Positions 63,498 through 64,000 of a stretch of DNA of 64,000 nt are shown piece by piece. A program made the position numbers and the translations under genes. The DNA is from Perna viridis (taxonomy: Eukaryota), in the NCBI GenBank assembly GCA_037379345.1, contig CM074517.1, forward strand, positions 3,968,001-4,032,000, given 5' to 3'. The notes beneath the pieces are model-generated. The model had not been told where the DNA came from. It made no database searches and worked only from the letters and a program-made list of their open reading frames with translations. How positions within the stretch are numbered: the first letter of the stretch is position 1; each line of letters starts with the position of its first letter.

Positions 63498-64000
63498 CTA
63501 TAGAAATGATATTTTATTTACATTACTTTGATCTATATTTTCTCCAATTTATTTTAAAAGTCAGAGTATTTTCATTGTTGGATAGAAATGTCCTAACATT
63601 CTGTGCAATTTAAAGGTTTTATGAACAGGAAATAAATACGTTTACAGTACACGAAAAAAAGTGTATCAAACTACCATTCGAGTTCCGGTAAGATTGTAGT
63701 GCTCTTCTTAGTGATTATAAAAGAGGTAATAAGTTTTTTTTTAAATGACCAAGAAAAAGGGAGCATTACATTAATGAAGTCATTTTGAACTAGAATGTCA
63801 GTTGTTTATCAAACAATTGAAAGGTCTTTCCCTTGAAAACTATCCCTTTGTAATATACACGTAATGACATTTGGTTTGATACATAACATGCTACCTTCTA
63901 CAAAAGTTTGGGTTTTTTTTGCACTTGGTAATGTAGTCAAATGCAATTGTCGATGTTTCCATCATGATTTTGGTAATGTAAGGTCGTAGTATTAACTCGA

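Noticed and set aside
62798-63613. 271-aa Val/Gly-rich ORF on + strand
   Set aside because: Antisense shadow of the mucin exon; splice sites and downstream exons support the minus strand
63898-64000. Possible upstream exon of the mucin gene
   Set aside because: The open frame ends in phase 2 at the visible donor but the mucin exon needs phase 1; cannot be resolved at the window edge

Overview
AT-rich, intron-containing animal genomic DNA; gene and repeat content suggest a bivalve mollusc (inference). Three host genes were reconstructed by hand. (1) A two-exon, 820-aa somatomedin-B-like/7TM family-B (adhesion/Methuselah-like) GPCR, + strand, 17932-24130. (2) A complete flotillin-1 gene, + strand, 40912-58157, 428 aa. 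(3) The 3' three exons of a Thr/Pro mucin plus Ly6/uPAR-like protein, - strand, 63497-60600. The rest is decayed CR1-like, L1/Tx1-like and Penelope-like retroelements, SINEs, MITEs, a probable solo LTR and minisatellites. The most notable system is the splicing architecture of flotillin-1: three tandem 91-nt versions of exon 3 (frame-enforced mutual exclusivity), two tandem 96-nt versions of exon 6, long-range intronic complementarities around the exon 3 cluster, and a minisatellite that has multiplied the exon 10 splice donor to ten copies, three of the extra ones in frame. All coordinates and counts were read by eye; no searches or folding programs were run.
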